From contig NC_068985.1 of the NCBI RefSeq assembly GCF_001194135.2, positions 98,065,835 to 98,129,834 of the forward strand: a stretch of 64,000 nt of DNA. The letters are read 5' to 3'. This stretch comes from Octopus bimaculoides. Taxonomy: Eukaryota. The position numbers were made by a program, and so were the translations under genes. The notes beneath the pieces were generated by a model. That model ran no database searches. It worked only from the letters and a program-made list of their open reading frames with translations, and was not told where the DNA came from. This document shows, piece by piece, positions 51,760 through 63,399 of the stretch (its first letter is position 1; every line of letters begins with the position of its first letter).

Positions 51760-52980
51760 CTCTAAAGCCAAAACAGAAGTTTTGAAATTGACTGTCTTTA
51801 GTAACTCATGTATGCTGTTGACCAGATTCTTCTAGCTGCATCATGTAGAAGACTTAAAGAAATTCTTGACATGAAAGCCTAGAATCAAGAGATCTCAAAA
51901 TAAACTTGGCAGAGGCTAAAGTTCTAGTGAGTATGACAGATGACCCTACTGCTATCAACAAAATGTCTAAGTTTAATTTGCAGAAAAGAGACGAGGTGAA
52001 AATACGATATGGTGTATTCAGCATAAATGATGGCTGCACAAAATGTGTAGTGGAATCATAGGCAGACTGACAGAGAAAGTACACTTTATATGTGACAGAC
52101 ACACAAGAGCAGTCAGCAGAAGCAAATTATTTCAAATACCTGGAAGACTCCTTAGAAGTAGCTGAAAGCTGTTATTACCTATGAGCTGTTATTATCTATT
52201 TTAGTGTAGGTGGATGTTCTGAATACATAGTAACCAAAGTAAAAATGGAGTTGGATAAAGGTTAAGAAAGCTATTACCTCTGCTGATAACAAAACTTTTT
52301 CTTTTTATCAGAATGAAGGGTGAATGATATAATGCTTCAGTATAATGTGCAATACAATCTGGTAATAAAATGTTGGCTTTGAATGCAAAAGATTTGCAAA
52401 AACTTGAAAATAAATCTGCCAGGTTATTCTAGTGGATGTGTAAAGTCAGTGTGCATAAATAATAGAGCAGAAACAAGAAAAAAATCTAGAAATGAGAGTA
52501 ATGAAAATGCAGTTTGCAAGAGAGAAGACTGCATTGGTACAGGCATGTAGTGTGTATGGAAGATGTCAACTGTATAAAGAAGTGCCATGTGGTAGTGAAA
52601 GACATAAAGGGATATGATGAAGATTAATCTTAAGAAGTTGAAAATCATGAGTGAGATAACAGAAGACTCTAATACAGGTGTAATCGGTAGAAGATTTTAC
52701 TCTTTTTCTATATTTCATTCATACGTTATCATTGAAAATAAAGTGACTTTTTCTTATTATGCAAGTTACTTGGTGACCTCACTAGTGCTAGTAGCATGGA
52801 AAACAAGTACCCAGTACACCCTGTACAGTGGTTGGTGTTAGAAAGGACACCCAGCTATAGAAACCATGGCTAATCTGACATCTGAGCTTGACACATCCCT
52901 GCAGCCCAATGGGTTCTATCAAACCAACCAACCCATGCCAGCTTGGAAAACCGACACTAAATGATGGTGATTTTTAATGT
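51760..52980 (+). mobile_element. Decayed RTE-clade LINE (RT C-terminal part plus 3' UTR ending in the family C tail)
   Basis: LESRDLKINLAEAKVLVS, EDSLEVAESCYYL, VGGCSEYIV, ERRLHWYRHVVCMED with stops and frameshifts; ends ccaacccatgccagcttggaaaa...aatgatggtgat. Confidence 0.8.
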
Positions 52981-54073
52981 GAAGGACATTGACTAATATA
53001 AGTGCTAATATGTGACAGAAAAGGTCAACAGACCTACTGACAGGATACAAATCACAATTACAATGGCAGGAAAAATGCTTTATAATATTTAATTTGGTAA
53101 GAGAGAATTGAAGGCACTCTATAGAGTAGTCAGAAATGTGATCGTTTGGCAAGCAATATGTATATATTGTTTGTATCTGTCAGTGGGCTTGTTGCTCTTT
53201 TAAGTCTCAAATTCATGTTTAGAAGGTTTGTCCTTCTATTTCATCTCTTGTTTTCAAATACACACACGCACAAGTAAATGGACAGATGTTAATTCTATGA
53301 ACATCATCCTTCTCTTTTAAAATTTTACTCATGTAACTTACAGAAAAGAAAATAAAGAATTATGTTCAGTTATTTCATGGCGTCTGCTGTAATACGATAG
53401 TTGTTTCTCTGTGAAGTGCTTTTGCAAAATATTTTCATTTCTGCACAGAGCCATTTCCTTTCATTCATATCAATAATGTATTTGATAATGGCATGAATAT
53501 TAAAAGAAGGTGACACCCCTGCCCTGTTCTCCTCTCAAAAATTAAAAACTTTACGTTTTAGTGACAACTAACTTGTTTGTGCTTGCATGAAATGATCTTT
53601 ATTCACCGAATTGCTTAAAATAAATTTGCTTAAGATAAATTTTACTTAAAATAGATTTCCTTAAAAACAAATCTACTATGAATTAATTTATAAAATAAAA
53701 CAAAACAAAACAAACTGATCAATGAAAAACTTTTATATTCATGTTGTGAAATTAAGAGAATTTTTAATTGAAAATTATATAAGAAATAAAAACAAGAACA
53801 TATATGAATATAGAATTTGAATAAAACAGATTTAGCTTGGTATATTTATATACTTAGGTTTGATAAGTTATTTATCTATGTATTCATATGTTTTAAGAAC
53901 AAGTTACATTTTAATTTTTTATTTTTGGCTCTACCATGTTTAATATTCTACCATGTTTAATATCTCTTCCTATCCTTCTGTAGTTGATAAAATTTAGCAC
54001 AAGTTAAATATTGGAGTTAGTTTCAACTAATTATTCCTGTTAAGGAATGTGGCCTAGTGATTACAATGTTGCA

Positions 54074-54290
54074 AAGGCAGCAAGCTAGCAGAAACATTAG
54101 CACGCTGAGCGAAATGCTTAGCGGTATTTCGTCTGTTTTTACGTTCTGAGTTCAAATTCCGCCGAGGTCAGCTTTGCCTTTTATCCTTTCGGGGTCGATG
54201 AATTAAGTATCAGTTGCTTACTGGGGTTGATCTAATCGACTGGTCCCCTCCCTCAAATTTTCAGACCTTGTGCCTTGAGTAGAAAAGATT
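54074..54290 (+). mobile_element. SINE family B, tail type 2, with probable TSD
   Basis: gattacaatgttgca (54059-54073) versus gattaagatgttgca (54287-54301), 13/15 match. Confidence 0.8.
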
Positions 54291-55046
54291 AAGATGTTGC
54301 ACTCCTGATCATAATATCATGGTTTTTATTCCCAGACCAGGCAGTGCTTTGTGTTCTTGAGCAAAGCAATTCATTTCATGTTACTCTAGTACACTCAACT
54401 GTAAATAAGTTCCAGCAATTGCTTGGAAGTTAATTCTGTAATAGACTGCCATCCTGTTTAGGGAGGACTCTTGTAATCTCAGTCAGTTAAAAACCATGAA
54501 AACTAGGCTAACCTTATGAGACATAGGGCTCATGACAGAATTCAGTCTAAATATGTTTAATCCCTCCCCTGAAATGTTTAAAATTGTGGCCTAGTGTCCA
54601 TGTTGAAATTGTCATTTTATATCTTTGAATACTGCTCAAGTGTTCCTCCAATATTCATAACTCTTATGAAATATCTTTTTATATTAACCTTTTTTTCAAA
54701 AATTTCTTTCAAAACCATTTTTATATTTTGTGTGTTTGTGTATTCCTTTGTGCAATTTTAAAACCAAGGAATATCTTGTTGATAAACAGTTTAAACCTAA
54801 GTGCTTTATGGAACATGAATTGCTATGTCAAATGCTGTTTCCAGATTCTGAGGGCATGCTGTTACTGGACTTTGTACACAATGCTGTAGGTACTCAATGC
54901 TGCATGATTTTGCAAATGCACCATTATTTGAAACCACAAAACAAAGTGGGAAGGACCTGAACCCCCTTCCAATTTATTCTGTTGAATAGATATAATTTTC
55001 TGAATCATGTTATTTATGTATATTTCTTGTCTTTGTTTCCTTCTAG

Positions 55047-55139
55047 AAATACAATGCTGCTCTCTCTGCTATTGTCCGTGCCAACAGTACTTTAAGTGAG
55101 GCACTATACATGGCTTCACCCTACAACATGGGTAGTAAG
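55047..55139 (+). CDS. tty: tweety homolog, visible exon 8/11
   Basis: Acceptor gtttccttctag, donor AAG|gttagt; 93 nt, phase 0 to 0. KYNAALSAIVRANSTLSEALYMASPYNMGSK; NST sequon. Less conserved, so support is mainly splice signals and phase. Confidence 0.8.
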
Positions 55140-55177
55140 GTTAGTTTTTATTTTCTTATCTTACGTCTTGTACTTTG

Positions 55178-55208
<31 letters not shown>

Positions 55209-55394
55209 TGATGCTGATGCACACCCTGATATAGTTAACATATTACTGTGTATAATATAAGTTTAAATGTCACATCTCCATCAGTGTGAGTGTGTGTATA
55301 TATCACATCATGTCTCTGTGACCTGTATATCTATACCTAATGCAGATTTCTGTGCATCTATGAACACACATTTCATTGTGTATATATATATACG

Positions 55395-55785
55395 TGTCTG
55401 TTTAATATCCACTTCTCCATGCTTGCATGGCTCAGATAGAATTCATTGAAGCATATCTGTTGTGACCTGATGCCCTTCTTGTCATCAGCCCTCACTTCTT
55501 TCCAAGAAAGATAATATTTCCCCAAAGCCAGGCATGTTTATCATGGAAGATTGGAAATAAATGGCATTGCATGTATGGTGGAGACACTTGTTTACAGCTA
55601 TCACACAATGTCATGCACACACACAGCTTGCTTCTTCCAGTTTTCATTTACCAAATCTACTCACAAGACTTTGGGGAAGTGTCATCTACTATAGCCCTAG
55701 GCTGACCAAAGAGCAATGCAAGTGAGACTGAACCCCAAAACCACATGGTCAGGAAGTGAACTTCTTAACCACACAGCCATACCTA
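55395..55785 (-). mobile_element. Family A-head SINE with RTE-type tail and an internal micro-inversion
   Basis: Reverse-oriented A head at 55625-55785; body resembles 5560-5790 and 24190-24318. Confidence 0.65.
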
Positions 55786-55809
55786 TAACACATTTTAAAT
55801 TAATCATGT

Positions 55810-56036
55810 TAACCATTTTGTTACCATATTTCTGTTGAGATGCTCTGTGTTTCTTTCAATTAATTTTAAATAAAACAAAGAATTTAGTAAAATAACTTTA
55901 TCATTAAACTAGTGTTAGGAACATAAATTGTGACTAAGGTTTGGTGGAAGATTTTCATTCAGAACTTTTGAACATTAGACATTTCTACTACAGAGCCAGA
56001 GGCGGTTTTCTGGCAGGTTGGTATTGAAAGGGTAAA
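55810..56036. mobile_element. TTAA-type MITE (family of 48553-48998), no inner insertion
   Basis: Aligns to 48553-48608 plus 48834-48998. Confidence 0.7.
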
Positions 56037-56178
56037 AGAAAGTATCCTAATCTTCAGTTTTCAGCTTTGAGATACCATATTTACTGGGATCATCATGTTT
56101 CAGTATGATGTATGCAATAAACTTACACTCCCATTTCTAAGTCTGTTCTAATCCCTATATTACTAATTATTTTTGCAG

Positions 56179-56318
56179 TTACGCAGCCTTGTTCGAAAGA
56201 TCCGTTTAGAAGTGACCGCAGCAGTTTCCAATGTTTCCCTCCTCAATCAAATTTCCGGCTGTTCTTTTATCCACAACAATTACATCAATGCACTTAATGG
56301 AATTTGTCATCAAAGCCT
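56179..56318 (+). CDS. tty: tweety homolog, visible exon 9/11
   Basis: Acceptor atttttgcag, donor CT|gtgagt; 140 nt. LRSLVRKIRLEVTAAVSNVSLLNQISGCSFIHNNYINALNGICHQS(L) matches tweety CxxxHxxYxxALxGxC. Confidence 0.93.
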
Positions 56319-56600
56319 GTGAGTAACTTTTTTTATTTCTTCTACCAATATTTTTTTATCTACTTTTATATATGGCTTAATCATAAAACAAAGGGTAGTG
56401 CTGATGAGCTCATGATTTTAGTAGGGTCTTCAAGACAAGTGTGTGTGTGGGAGTTGAGCCTTGATTTATTGATTGTTGCAGTCTGTATCAGTTCATCAAG
56501 TTATTCCCAGATTTAAGGGCTGATTTAAATGCTTGTAACAAAGGTATCTCTGCTAAAGCCAGGTGGTGCTGTCCAAACAAGTGATGTATTTGAATATATA

Positions 56601-56998
56601 GGTGCAGGAGTGGTTGTGTCGTAAGTAGCTTGCTTACCAACTACATGGTTCCGGGTTCATTGCCACTGCATGTCACCTTGGGCAAGTATCTTCTACTATT
56701 GCCTGAGGGTGACCAAAGCCTTGTGAGTGGATTTGGTAGACAGAAACTGAAAGAAGCCTGTTATATATATATATTTTTGTGTGTGTGTGTGTGTGTGTAA
56801 ACGTTTGTGTGTCTGTGCTTGACAACCGATGCTGGTGTGTTTACGTCCCCGTAACTTAGCGTTTCGGCAAAAAGAGACCGATAAAATAAGTACTAGGCTT
56901 ACAAAGAAAAAGTCCTGGGGTTGATTTGCTCGACTAAAGGCGGTGCTCCAGCATGGCTGCAATCAAATGACTGAAACAAGTAAAAGAGTAAAAGAGCA
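56601..56998 (+). mobile_element. SINE family A, near full length
   Basis: Head, body, microsatellite and tail as in 9018-9382. Confidence 0.85.
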
Positions 56999-57704
56999 TA
57001 ATGAATGTATACACATGGATGCATGCATGTATATATGATCATTTTACTTCCAATAAAACTCCAATAGAATACCAAATTTTTAAACAACTATTATCACCTA
57101 TGTATGGATGTATGTATGTATGCATACATCCATTCATGAGAGTTAGTTGAAGAAGGAAAGGCAGCACCCAGGACCTTTTTAAAAGGCATCTGTGATTGAG
57201 AGGTGGTGCAGTGGGTAGTGAATTATGTTTAATTCTTCAGCATTTACTTTGGACACATCCAGCCAAAATATTTCATCTGTTTTATGGTTTAAACTGGCCA
57301 AATCTGATCTTTTGTACCTCCCATGCAATTTCATTTAAAGATGGACACTCACATCATTGAAATCTTGAGGCCACAAGATAATATATGATTAATTCTAAAC
57401 CAATTTTAAGCATTACATTTGACAGTAATCTGAAAGCTATAAAGACTTAAACCAGAACCTGATCCAAAAGCTTGCAGCAATGAACTTCGATAGAGGCACA
57501 TAAGTGCCTGGTGGAGGTGTTAAACTGAGCGAGGTGTTAAACCTTTTATCATAATTGCTAATCATTGTATCAAGATATTGTAATAAAGACTTAATACCTG
57601 ATTTAATTGGTCTCTGGTCGTTATATCGTTATTTCAGTTAATTTTGTGAGTTTCATTCTTGTTTAAACAAAAGACTTTATTTTTATCTCTTTTTGTTTTT
57701 CCAG

Positions 57705-57806
57705 GATTGGAGTGGCTTTCATGAGTCTTGTATGTGGTATTGTAGGAGTTGCACTGACCATTAACATCTGTTTGGCCACAAGGGCTTCAATCTTATTTGC
57801 AAAGAG
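57705..57806 (+). CDS. tty: tweety homolog, visible exon 10/11 (TM5)
   Basis: Acceptor ttgtttttccag, donor AG|gtctgt; 102 nt, phase 2 to 2. IGVAFMSLVCGIVGVALTINICLATRASILFAK is a hydrophobic helix. Confidence 0.88.
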
Positions 57807-58165
57807 GTCTGTATGATACATAATTTAATTAATGTATTTAAATAAATTTTACCTGAAATTGTCTGGCTTGTGTTTATGCTTCAGTGAATGGATGGGTCGA
57901 TGGATAATGGATATATATATAGATATATATATATATATATATATATATATTCTATGTGAATTTATCCCATGTGCATCTTTTTTCCTGGCTCTTTTTTCAT
58001 CATCTCTCTCTTCTTCTCTTCCCAGTTTCTCTTGGACATTTCTCTATTATCTGAAGAAGGACTGTGTCTGAAATGCAATACACCCTTTATTTCCATTTTT
58101 CCCTTCAATGTCAAAACTAATAACTGTGAATGTCTCTTGTACTTTTTTCTTTGTTGTCTTTTCTT

Positions 58166-58194
<29 letters not shown>

Positions 58195-58196
<2 letters not shown>

Positions 58197-58358
58197 GGCG
58201 TAGGAGTGGCTGTGTGATAAGTAGCCTGCTTACGAACCACATGGTTCCGGGTTCAGTCCCACTGCGTGGCACCTTGGGCAAGTGTCTTCTACTATAGCCT
58301 CGGGCCGACCAAAGCCTTGTGAGTGGATTTGGTAGATGGAAACTGAAAGAAGCCCGTC

Positions 58359-58407
<49 letters not shown>

Positions 58408-58622
58408 GTATGTATGTGTGTGTGTCCCCCCCCCCCAACATAGCTTGACAACTGATGCTGGTGTGTTTTTACATCCCCGTAACTTAGCAGTTCGGCAAAA
58501 GAGACCGATAGAATAAGTACTAGGCATGCAAAGAATAAGTCCTGGGGTCGATTTGCTCGACTAAAGGCGCTGCTCCAGCATGGCCGCAGTCAAATAACTG
58601 AAACGAGTAAAATAGTAAAGAG
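58195..58622 (+). mobile_element. SINE family A, full length with long (TA)n
   Basis: Starts ataggcgtaggagtggctgtg; ends gagtaaaatagtaaagag. Confidence 0.85.
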
Positions 58623-59054
58623 ATATTGGAAAGAATGAAGGTGATAACTGATCTCTGGATGCTGGGTTTTAGTCCTGAAAGGGTTAACAAGGAAGTGAGG
58701 CATTGTGGTGGTACAGTCCTGCTGAATCTACACCAGCTTGGGAAAGTGAAAGTGAATAGATAGCGTGTGCACGCACACACACTTTGCATGTGTCTTTGGT
58801 CAAGGTACATAACTCTGCTGTTCTAGTTTGCTTAACCATAAAACAATTGGTGTATCTTTTTGTATTAAAAAAAAATCCATCACATGCTTTGATAGATGGA
58901 AATAAAACATATACTACTAGAATGTGTATAGATTTTTGCACGTATGTGTATGAATTTTTCTATGTGTGTGTTTGTGTATACACACATAGCAAAGTATACA
59001 CACAAAGCTAGTTGTAAAATCTCAATAAGAGATGAAAGTAGTAACTATACTAAC

Positions 59055-59632
59055 AAGTAAAGTTAATTGCAGCATCAATATGGTTGTTTAATGTTACTAC
59101 TGTTTTAATTCCAGGCAGATCTTCTGCCAGCTGTTTTATAGGTGCAGCCTGCACCCTGTATATATTATAAGCAGGGGAGCTAATACCTACCACTCTCCAG
59201 CAGATGATGGGATTGCAAGACTGACTTGGTTTTGAGCTAGTTTTGTTCATCCTCAGTTGTAAACACTTGATTGCTAGAGAAATGGCCAGAGTCTGCTACA
59301 GCAAGCAATATATAGAAAGCAAAGCAACCATCGGTCACTGTGCAAATCAGTGACCGATGGCCACTCTGTTTTCTATTTATTGCTTGCGGGAGCCGACTCT
59401 GGCTATCTCTCTCGCAACAGGTGTTCATGAAAGGAAGATGAGTAAAACTAGCTCGAAACAGAGTCGGTCTTGTGATTTCATTGTCTGCTGGAGGGTGGTA
59501 TGTGTCTGCTCCCCTGCTTGCAATATATATGGGGTGCAGGCTACACTTATAACCAGCTGGTAGAAGATCTGCCTGGGGTTAAAACAATAGTAACATTGAA
59601 CAGCCATATTGATGTGGCAATTAACTTTACTT
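59055..59632. repeat. 578-bp foldback inverted repeat (about 285-bp arms, 7-nt loop)
   Basis: Centre ccatcggtcactg-tgcaaat-cagtgaccgatgg (59328-59360); arms pair out to aagtaaagttaattgc / gcaattaactttactt. Confidence 0.92.
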
Positions 59633-61006
59633 CCTTCTATCCATCTATGTTTGTAGATTTGTATGTATGTCTACGTATTGTGTGTTTGTATTTACCATTT
59701 ATTTTGGAATTGAATTAAACTTATTAAAAACCTGAAACCAATTATGTAATTTCTAACTATTTCTTCATTTATTTGTTCATTGATTTTGTAATTAAAAATT
59801 TAATCTTTTTTAATAATAATATAATTTATAATAAACTTCAATCTTCATGTAAGCAGAAGAATATTACTGTAAAATTACAGTAATTAACGAAAATTTATTT
59901 TATAAATAGATATGATTACTGTAGTTTGGACCATTAACCTCATTTCTGCCTCAACCCATACAAGGATTTTAAAATGATGGTGATGATGATGAAGTTATTT
60001 AAGCTCTCATTAATTATATTTCGAACAGAAATAGTTAATGCATGTGTTTTAACACATAAAGCACGATGGGCCACGATCGTGTCCCAGATAGATGCATTTA
60101 ATTTATGAGTGTTTGTTGGGGTCTAATATCACTCAAACGCTCTGATACCCCACCCCAGAATGCAAGAGGACTAATAGTTCAACTAATGACCTTTCAGATG
60201 ACGTAAGACTTGCCACCATTATATACTAAGAAGATATTTTAACTCTTTTTTGTTTTTTACGTGTGCATGGTAGTCTTATTTTCATAAGATGTGCTCAGCA
60301 GTCCATGCTATGTAAGTGCAAATTCCGACGCTTTATGAGTTAATTAATTTTCCAAATAAAGTATCTGTAGTAACTAAATTAAGAAAAAAAAAAAATGCTT
60401 CTTATTGCTTAGTCCTAGATGAGTTATGGTTGAGCAGACTTATGATCAAAAGCTTTCTGGGCTTGATCATCTTGTCTGTTTTGTTTATCAGGAATAATGT
60501 GTTTTGGACCACATTTTGTTTTTGTTTTAAAGATGTAGATTTGGTTGCTACTTCTAGCAAATCTTTCAGCTACGTAAACCTTAGTAGTATATTAAGTTGC
60601 TGGCATTTGTTGTTGCTTAGCTCCAGATTAACTCTAATTGAGCAGATCTATATATATATATATATATTCATCATCATTTATTGTCCACTTTTCTGTGCTT
60701 GCATGGGTTGAATGGAAGTTATTGAGGCAGATTTTGTATGGTTGGAAGCTCTTCCTATCACCAACCATCACCAAATAGACGTGTCTCATATCTATTTTCT
60801 CTTGAATATTATATCACTGATGGCACATTTAGTCCATTTGTTAAGGGTTTTATATTTCCAATAAATATAACAGGCTACTCATAAAAGTAGAGGTGCTAAT
60901 CATTGTTGTTGATGAACTCCAGGTAATCTCTCACTGAACACCTCTATGGTCAAAAAGGTATTCCAACTTTGACTGCCCCCTTCAGTTTTCAAAAATACTC
61001 TAAGAC

Positions 61007-61853
61007 TTCACTTGGGATGCTGATTTTTCTGCCAATTGACTAAAGAACATCAAACTATTCAACTCTTCACTAATATATAATCTCTTGAACCAGTAACTGA
61101 TATGCACTATAAGTATATTGTCTTACATTCTATGTAATAATGTGTTGTGTTGCATTTAAAAAGATTAAAAAAAAGGTTTATTTTAGAGCCATAATGATTT
61201 ACACTTTATATGTCTTTATCTCTTTCTCTGTCTACATAAAACAATGTGTCTTTATGTTGTTGACTAACCCCATTTTAGTCCTGATCAAGCAGATCTATGG
61301 TCACAGGTACACAACACATTACCATTTCATTTTGTTTTTCTTCGAGGCATAAGACTTCATTATCTAATATTTACTTCTTTTAAATTCATTTTTCACTCCA
61401 TTATTTTTACAGCATTCTTTTTATAATATTTCATATTTGTTTTTTTATTTCAGTTTGGTATACTATCCTGTAGATGACACCGATCCATTCTTACCCAGGC
61501 CACCTCCCTACAGCTACGGCACCCTCCCAACGGCTCCGAATGATCCTTTCCAAGTGGACGTACGCAGAAGTTACTTGTAAGTAGATACGACAGCAACCAC
61601 CACAACAACAGTCCTGTCTGTGGATTTGTTAGTTGCTTCTGACAGTTGATTTCACTTGGGATGATGACTTTCTCTGCCAATTGACTTAAAGAACATCAAT
61701 CAAGCTATTCAATTCTTTACTCTTTGCTAATATCTCTAGAACCATTATCTGTTATACACTATAAATATATTGTTCTATATTCTATATAATAATGTTATCT
61801 GTGTTGTGTTTCAAAAGAAAGGAAAATGGTTTATATTAGAACCACAATGATTT
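61007..61853 (+). repeat. Diverged direct repeat, about 200 bp (61007-61200 and 61651-61853), flanking visible exon 11
   Basis: Both start ttcacttgggatg and run colinearly to aatgattt. Confidence 0.8.
61454..61580 (+). CDS. tty: tweety homolog, visible exon 11/11 (cytoplasmic tail; ends at stop 61578-61580 or splices after 61576)
   Basis: Acceptor ttttttatttcag, phase 2. (S)LVYYPVDDTDPFLPRPPPYSYGTLPTAPNDPFQVDVRRSYL* has the tweety DDxDPF motif. The 3' boundary is ambiguous. Confidence 0.85.
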
Positions 61854-62194
61854 AAATTATATAATGTTTAAGCGAATTAGTTTTTTTTATATAACTAAAT
61901 TGTTATTGAATTTAGAATTTTCTTTTATTTAAAAAAAGGTTTCCTGATTGAGTTTAAAATCAGTTTTCTCTATGCCACATGTTTTGTTTGCGCCAATTCT
62001 TTAAATATCCTTGTTTGATCTACAAGAAAAATCTCACCGGACTGTATATGCCATAACATTCACTAAATGGTATGAATTAGTTTGTGTGCCATAATGAAAA
62101 TAAGCACAAAATATGTTATATTTCTTCATTCTAAATAATACTGATACTAATAATCATCATAATCATAAATGATTCTAATATAATTGTTGTTGTA

Positions 62195-62375
62195 GTGAAT
62201 GGAAATAACCAAAACGTGAGAACCGAAACAGAAATAACCCTCATAATAATAGGTGCCTTGGGAATGATTAAAAAAATGCAGGCAGATATATAAGCAAAAC
62301 CTCACAACTTATTCATGTACTGAACACTACCAGCAACTGGACACACATTATGTAAAACATTTTGAATATAATAGA
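62195..62375 (+). mobile_element. Decayed REL-type LINE 3' fragment
   Basis: TEITLIIIGALGMIKK resembles the PxxIGALG motif of REL-domain LINEs. Confidence 0.5.
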
Positions 62376-63399
62376 AAATGCAACACAAAACAGACCACTG
62401 CGCATATCCAAGCCACATTGAGCTGTGTTCAGCTGTGTAATGAAAGCATGCAATAAAGTTATGATTATAGAAACAATAACTGTTTCTATGTTAGTCACAA
62501 GACCAGTACAGAAACTATGATAATAGTAGTTTCTTTATACCTGAAGATCTTGTTTCATTACATTTGAGGATTCTTCATATGTAAATATATTTTATAAAGG
62601 GTTTCAAAACAAAACCTGTTAGTGTGTATGCAGGCTGTAAATGGGGAGAGAGGAAGACAATGTACTCTGACTAACTTGAGAAACATATTTCAATAAAATC
62701 ATAAATAAAGGCACCTACAAAGAGAAGGTTCGGGTTACCTGCAAGCCTTGACCACCTTCTGCTCTGAGTGCTTGTTCTTTCCTGATTGTAAACTCCAAGA
62801 AAACTTAAAACACTGGCTTTCTCATATTTACCAAATTGGCCCTCTCACACACACAAATCAGCAAATTCTGTGTAGGGTAGTATCTCTTTATCTCTAACTC
62901 TTTGTATACCTTAGACTTTAAGTTCTGCTTGAAGAAAGTTAATGAGGACTTAGGTGGAGATATAGCTTGCATTCATTGTACAACCTCTTTCTCCATAGTG
63001 GCCAGATAGAAGAAAACTGCTTTGCCAAAGAAGAGTGGTAGGATGATCATTACACAGGTCTCTGCTGACAGATGGATTCATCCTGTATATCTTACAGTAG
63101 TTTGCAATTGCTGCACATGCCAGCAATCATCAGAAGTAAAAACGTGCATATTAAATGTTGTCTTCATTTGCTGTGCATCTAAGACAGGCTTAACAGATGA
63201 CACTGCTATCCTTACAGAGCTTATCCTGAACTTGGAGCACTGCCATGCTCAGGTTTTCTGGAAATTCTACATAGTGTCTGCACAAAAATGTCCTCTAGAA
63301 TAAACTGGTTAGGTGATCTTTGGTGATACTCAATGCCCAACTTCTAGAGGATTGTTAGCACCTGAATCTGATGCCCAATCTTGGTCTACATTCAACTCA

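Noticed and set aside
60874-60921. Possible alternative phase-2 exon (RLLIKVEVLIIVVDELQ) upstream of repeat copy 1
   Set aside because: Purine-rich acceptor with no pyrimidine tract, no similarity to the real tail exon, and it would break frame.
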